NCBI GenBank assembly: GCA_963808235.1
Contig: CAWEEQ010000004.1
Coordinates: 2,496,001-2,560,000, forward strand
Origin: an uncultured delta proteobacterium
GTDB taxonomy: Bacteria; Desulfobacterota; Binatia; Binatales; Binataceae
Length of the DNA stretch: 64,000 bases
Direction: 5' to 3'
The notes under the pieces are model-generated. The model was not told where the DNA came from and did no database searches. It saw nothing but the letters and a program-made list of their open reading frames with translations. The translations under genes were made by a program, and so were the position numbers. Each line of letters starts with the position of its first letter. Positions within the stretch are counted from its first letter, which is position 1. Shown piece after piece: positions 60,110-64,000 of the stretch.

Positions 60110-61432
60110 ATGGAACCTCTCAGCAAGCATGTTCGGAGCGCGCGTGAGTGGCGAGCGACCAGCCGGATGGCATTCGCTGCGCTGGCGGCATTGACGTTCG
60201 TCGCGATCGCCGCAGTGGCTCGCGCCGCGGTCACGCCGGGCGATGTGATCACACCGGCGAACGCATCGAAGGTAAAGGATCTCGTTTCGCCGGGCGTCTA
60301 CTACAAAGTTTCGAACGGGATGTCGATGAAGATCATCCCGAGCGGACAGATCGACTGGCCTCCACCCTACAAAGAAGCGACCGAGAAGTACTCCGCGCAG
60401 GTGCGCCTCACTCACGACAACCGCAGCCTGGTCGGTTACGTAGCCGGGCAACCGTTCCCGCTCATCGACACCAACGATCCGCAGATAGCCACGAAGATCA
60501 TGTGGAACAATGTCTTCCGCCCCATCACGACCGACGACTACGATCTTCGTTTTTACGATTGCGACAGTGTGTACGGCGGACAGAACAAGCCCAACGATGT
60601 GATCCAGTATTATCAGATCGGGCACTACGCCGGTTATGACCTGGTCGGACGGGTCGAAGTTGAACCGATGCCGGTTGATCCCGACTTCAAGAAGACCAAC
60701 CGCCTGTGGGTGTTTGGCCTCTATCCGGTCCTATCGCCGCAGGCCGAACGCGGCAACGGACTGATTCGCTTTCGCTATGAGCAGCCCGATCGCGGCGACG
60801 ACGACTGGAGCTGGAACGCGGGCGCGCGCAGGATTCGTCGCCTCAACGAGGCACTGGAGAGCACGGCGACCAGCGCGCAAACCTGGAACCCGGATCATTA
60901 CTCCGGCTTCAACGCCAAGACCGAGGAATACAATTACAAGTTTCTCGGCGAGCGCGAGATGCTCGCAGTCACACACGCGGAGCATTCGCCCGAGTTGAGA
61001 TGCGCAACCGATGGCGGCGCCAGCGCATGCCCCGAGGCGTGGGAGATGCGCCATATGTACATCGTCGAGGCCACTCCGCGCCGCGAGCTCATCTCGCAAG
61101 CGCTGCAGGGCAAGACGCTGGTCTACATGGACTCCGAGATGTGGTTCGAGCCGTATATCGATGAGTACGATCAAAAGGGCCAGCTCTGGCTGAATCACAT
61201 TTGGTGGACTGCTTATCGCGATCGCCCAGTGCCTGACGCGCGCGTCGCGATTTATCCGTTCAAGCGCGAGTTCGAAGTCGGGGCGGTTTCGACTGACGTG
61301 CAGAGTGGTTTCGCCACGATGTGCTACCTGCCCGGCCTGCAGACCCCTGAGCGCGAGTGCTGGTACATCAACATGGGCGCGGTGGACAAGAGCTTCTTCA
61401 CGACCGACGCGATGGTCAAGGCGGCACCGTAG
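60110..61432 (+). CDS. DUF1329 domain protein (secreted)
   Basis: VITPANA, Y.AGQPFP..D..IMWN, RRIRR, YDQKGQLW; RBS AAGGAGG. Confidence 0.85.
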   Translation: MEPLSKHVRSAREWRATSRMAFAALAALTFVAIAAVARAAVTPGDVITPANASKVKDLVSPGVYYKVSNGMSMKIIPSGQIDWPPPYKEATEKYSAQVRLTHDNRSLVGYVAGQPFPLIDTNDPQIATKIMWNNVFRPITTDDYDLRFYDCDSVYGGQNKPNDVIQYYQIGHYAGYDLVGRVEVEPMPVDPDFKKTNRLWVFGLYPVLSPQAERGNGLIRFRYEQPDRGDDDWSWNAGARRIRRLNEALESTATSAQTWNPDHYSGFNAKTEEYNYKFLGEREMLAVTHAEHSPELRCATDGGASACPEAWEMRHMYIVEATPRRELISQALQGKTLVYMDSEMWFEPYIDEYDQKGQLWLNHIWWTAYRDRPVPDARVAIYPFKREFEVGAVSTDVQSGFATMCYLPGLQTPERECWYINMGAVDKSFFTTDAMVKAAP

Positions 61433-61498
61433 GGTGCGCTCGAAACTAACCTGGCTGGTTAACGGGAGGGGCCTCGTGCCCGTCCCGAAAGGATTTCG

Positions 61499-62800
61499 GT
61501 GATGATTTCACGCCGACGCCGATATGCAATTGCACTAACGATCGCAATTCTCCTGACGGCCTCCCACGCCAGCGCAGTTACGCTGACACTGGGCGGGCCG
61601 GCTCCCGACAGCGCGTCATCTGGCACTGACCTCACCTCGACGATCTGGGCCAGCGGATTCGGCGGAACGCTGGTGAAGATTGCCACGGTCGGCGGGCTTG
61701 CGCCCGGGGACGGAACGTTCACTGATATGGGCGTTCCCTCAATCTCGCCCGAGGGCATCGTGATCTTCGGCGCGGAAGTGACCGACCAGGGCGGTATCGC
61801 ACGATGGGAAATCTTTCGCGGCGATCCGAACGCACGAGTCAGCCAGCGGGTAGTGCCTGCAATCGAGAACGCTGCTTCGCCTGGATGCGTGCCTAATTTG
61901 AAGCTCGATCCTTATCCCGTAGCAGGATCGAACGGAACAATCGCGTTCATCGCGCCGGAGGCTGCGGGCTCCGATGCGTTGTTCCGTTATGCGAACGGAA
62001 AACTTACGTGCGCCACTCGGATTGGCGATCGAACCGCGCAGGGGCACCAACTCAAGTTGATGCATTTCGGAAGCGCGACGATGGCGGCGTCGGGCGAAGT
62101 CGCATTCATTGGACGCATCTATGACCGTCAGAGTGGTGGCGCTCAGCGCAGCTCGCATCTGGCGATGATGCTCGCACCCGCGCATGGACCGATTCGCGAG
62201 GTCGCCGTGGCAGGCTCGCGCGGACCCGGCGCCTCGCGCTATCTGGACAACTTCGGTTTGCCTGCAGTCGTCTCGACTCAGCGCGGCCCGATCGTTGCCT
62301 TTACCGCCACGAATTCTCGTCGACCGAGCGCGCGCGGTTATGGGCTGTACGTCTTTCGCGGCGGCAAGACAGTCGAGATGCTTGCGAGCGGCGATCGCTC
62401 TCCGGTTGGCCGCATATCGTTTCTATCCGACGGCAGGCCAGCCCTGTCCGGCAATGGCGTTCTCGCGGTGCGTGGCGCGTCCGCCGACCGCCGTGCGATC
62501 TTCTCGATTCACGACGGACACCCGGTCGTAGTCGCCGCTCCGGGACATGCAACCGAAGTCGGCTCTCGGATAGTCACCTTCGGCGATCCTGTGGTCAGCT
62601 CCTCCGGACGCATCATGGTTGGCATCATCGATGACGACGACCGCAATCTCCTCTACGCGCTCACGCCGGGAAACGTGATGCGGATTTCAACCGCACCGGA
62701 ACCCGAAGGCGAGCTGGTCTGCGGTCTCGGTCCGCAAATCTTCGCGGGCACCCTCGTCATCAACGAAGCCGGAGCGTTCGCTTTTATCGGTGGAAGGTAG
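61499..62800 (+). CDS. Secreted protein with NxxGxxAF-type tandem repeats (probable beta-propeller)
   Basis: Signal peptide; SNGTIAF, SGEVAF, INEAGAFAF. Confidence 0.6.
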   Translation: MMISRRRRYAIALTIAILLTASHASAVTLTLGGPAPDSASSGTDLTSTIWASGFGGTLVKIATVGGLAPGDGTFTDMGVPSISPEGIVIFGAEVTDQGGIARWEIFRGDPNARVSQRVVPAIENAASPGCVPNLKLDPYPVAGSNGTIAFIAPEAAGSDALFRYANGKLTCATRIGDRTAQGHQLKLMHFGSATMAASGEVAFIGRIYDRQSGGAQRSSHLAMMLAPAHGPIREVAVAGSRGPGASRYLDNFGLPAVVSTQRGPIVAFTATNSRRPSARGYGLYVFRGGKTVEMLASGDRSPVGRISFLSDGRPALSGNGVLAVRGASADRRAIFSIHDGHPVVVAAPGHATEVGSRIVTFGDPVVSSSGRIMVGIIDDDDRNLLYALTPGNVMRISTAPEPEGELVCGLGPQIFAGTLVINEAGAFAFIGGR

Positions 62801-62897
62801 CGAAGTCGCAAGACTAAAATTGGGACTGAAATAACGGCGGAGAATCTAGCAGGTCCGCCACAGCGCCGGCGCATCTGCGGGCGCAGGAGTATCGGGC

Positions 62898-63620
62898 ATG
62901 GCAGATTCGAATCGTCGTCCGGTGTGCGTGGTCGTTGGTGTTGGCCCCGGCCTGGGGGCGGCATTGGCGCGAAGGTTTGCCAAAACCTACGCGGTCGCGC
63001 TGGTCGCGCGAGGCGCGGATAAGTTGGCCTCGTTCGCAAAGGAAATAGAAGCGGGCGGCGGTAAAGCGCTCGCAGTCGCGGCGGACATGGCCAAACCTGA
63101 CGACATCGGCGCTGCGTTCGAGAAGATTCGGCGCGAACTCGGCGACGTTGATGCGCTCCTATACAACGCCGCGATGCGCCCGTTCGGCAAGCTGATGGAC
63201 ACCAAGCCGAGCACCTTCGAGAACACCTGGCGGGTAAGCACGTTTGGCGCGTTTCTCGCCGCGCAGGCGGTAGTGCCGTCGATGCTGAAACGCGGCAGCG
63301 GCGTGATCATCTTCACCGGAGCGACCGCCGGTGTGAAACCATTCGCCACCTCGGCGGCGTTCGGACCGGCGAAATTCGCGTTGCGCGGGTTGGCACAGGT
63401 GATGGGACGCGATTTGCAGCCGCAGGGGATTCACGTCGCGTACGTCAACGTCGACGGCGCGATCGACATGCCAGCCATCCGCGAACGGTTCCCGCAGCTC
63501 GGCGAGGACAACATGCTGAAGCCGTCTGCGATCGCGGAGACGTATTGGCATCTCGCTCACCAGGATCGCAGCGCGTGGAGCCACGACGTCGACGTTCGTC
63601 CCTTTACGGAGAAGTGGTAG
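62898..63620 (+). CDS. Short-chain dehydrogenase/reductase
   Basis: GVGPGLG, YNA, TGATA, F..AKFALR. Confidence 0.9.
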   Translation: MADSNRRPVCVVVGVGPGLGAALARRFAKTYAVALVARGADKLASFAKEIEAGGGKALAVAADMAKPDDIGAAFEKIRRELGDVDALLYNAAMRPFGKLMDTKPSTFENTWRVSTFGAFLAAQAVVPSMLKRGSGVIIFTGATAGVKPFATSAAFGPAKFALRGLAQVMGRDLQPQGIHVAYVNVDGAIDMPAIRERFPQLGEDNMLKPSAIAETYWHLAHQDRSAWSHDVDVRPFTEKW

Positions 63621-63626
63621 AGGTGT

Positions 63627-64000
63627 TCACGGTTTCGACTTCGCGAGTCCGTCGACAGGATCGTTTGCGAGCTCGGTTTTGTCGGTTCCGTTGACGCCGA
63701 ATTGTTTGATGACGTTTGCGAGTTGGGCGGGCGAGCGGACTGGGGTGGCGCAGGCTGTTCCTGCGCATACGAATGCTCGTGGCGCACTCTCCCCGGCGCT
63801 TGCTGCCGCCATCGCGTTCGCTGCCGCGGGCAACTCTGGCGCGCCGCTGCCCGTGAATTGAATCGTCATTACGATTTTGCCCGGCCGATAACTCGCTAGC
63901 CCCGTCCTCCACAAGGCAGCCGCACGCGGATCAGTTTGCGGATCCAACTATCGCGATCACCGCAGGCCCTTGTTTTCGATACTCGAGCGCGAGACCGAGC
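63627..64000 (-). CDS. C-terminal part of a YyaL/DUF255 thioredoxin-domain protein (5' truncated by window; frameshift at about 63936)
   Basis: AFVCAGTACATPV C-terminus; upstream frame LGLALEY..AVIAIVG joins if one base is removed. Confidence 0.7.

Overview
High-GC bacterial chromosomal window. The gene content (DUF507 pair, DUF1329, several luciferase-like monooxygenases, Get3/ArsA pair, GAF-PtsI) suggests a Binatota/Deltaproteobacteria-like soil organism; this is inference. Housekeeping blocks are queA-tgt-yajC-secD, aroF, groES-groEL with a CIRCE operator, cyaY, ptsP, a cyclophilin and tatB-tatC. They are interleaved with accessory catabolic, secreted and toxin-antitoxin genes. No rRNA, tRNA, CRISPR array, transposase or integrase was recognised. 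The most striking non-gene structure is a set of small palindromic repeats: (i) a DUF559 (Vsr-like) nuclease gene enclosed by a perfect 44-bp inverted repeat, with gene-less copies elsewhere; (ii) a nested stack of MITE-like units with GAGACCTTTGCA ends, inserted with apparent target-site duplications into the loops of such hairpins at about 12 kb; (iii) a roughly 105-120-bp repeat with a GCAGGGGTCACCCCTGC core at five sites. Also notable: two FHA-TM-CAP proteins, four copies of a putative HxlR operator, sigma54-type promoters, an atypical receiver domain and small Cys/His-rich ORFs. Six genes carry single-base indels, mostly in homopolymer runs, most likely sequencing or assembly errors.
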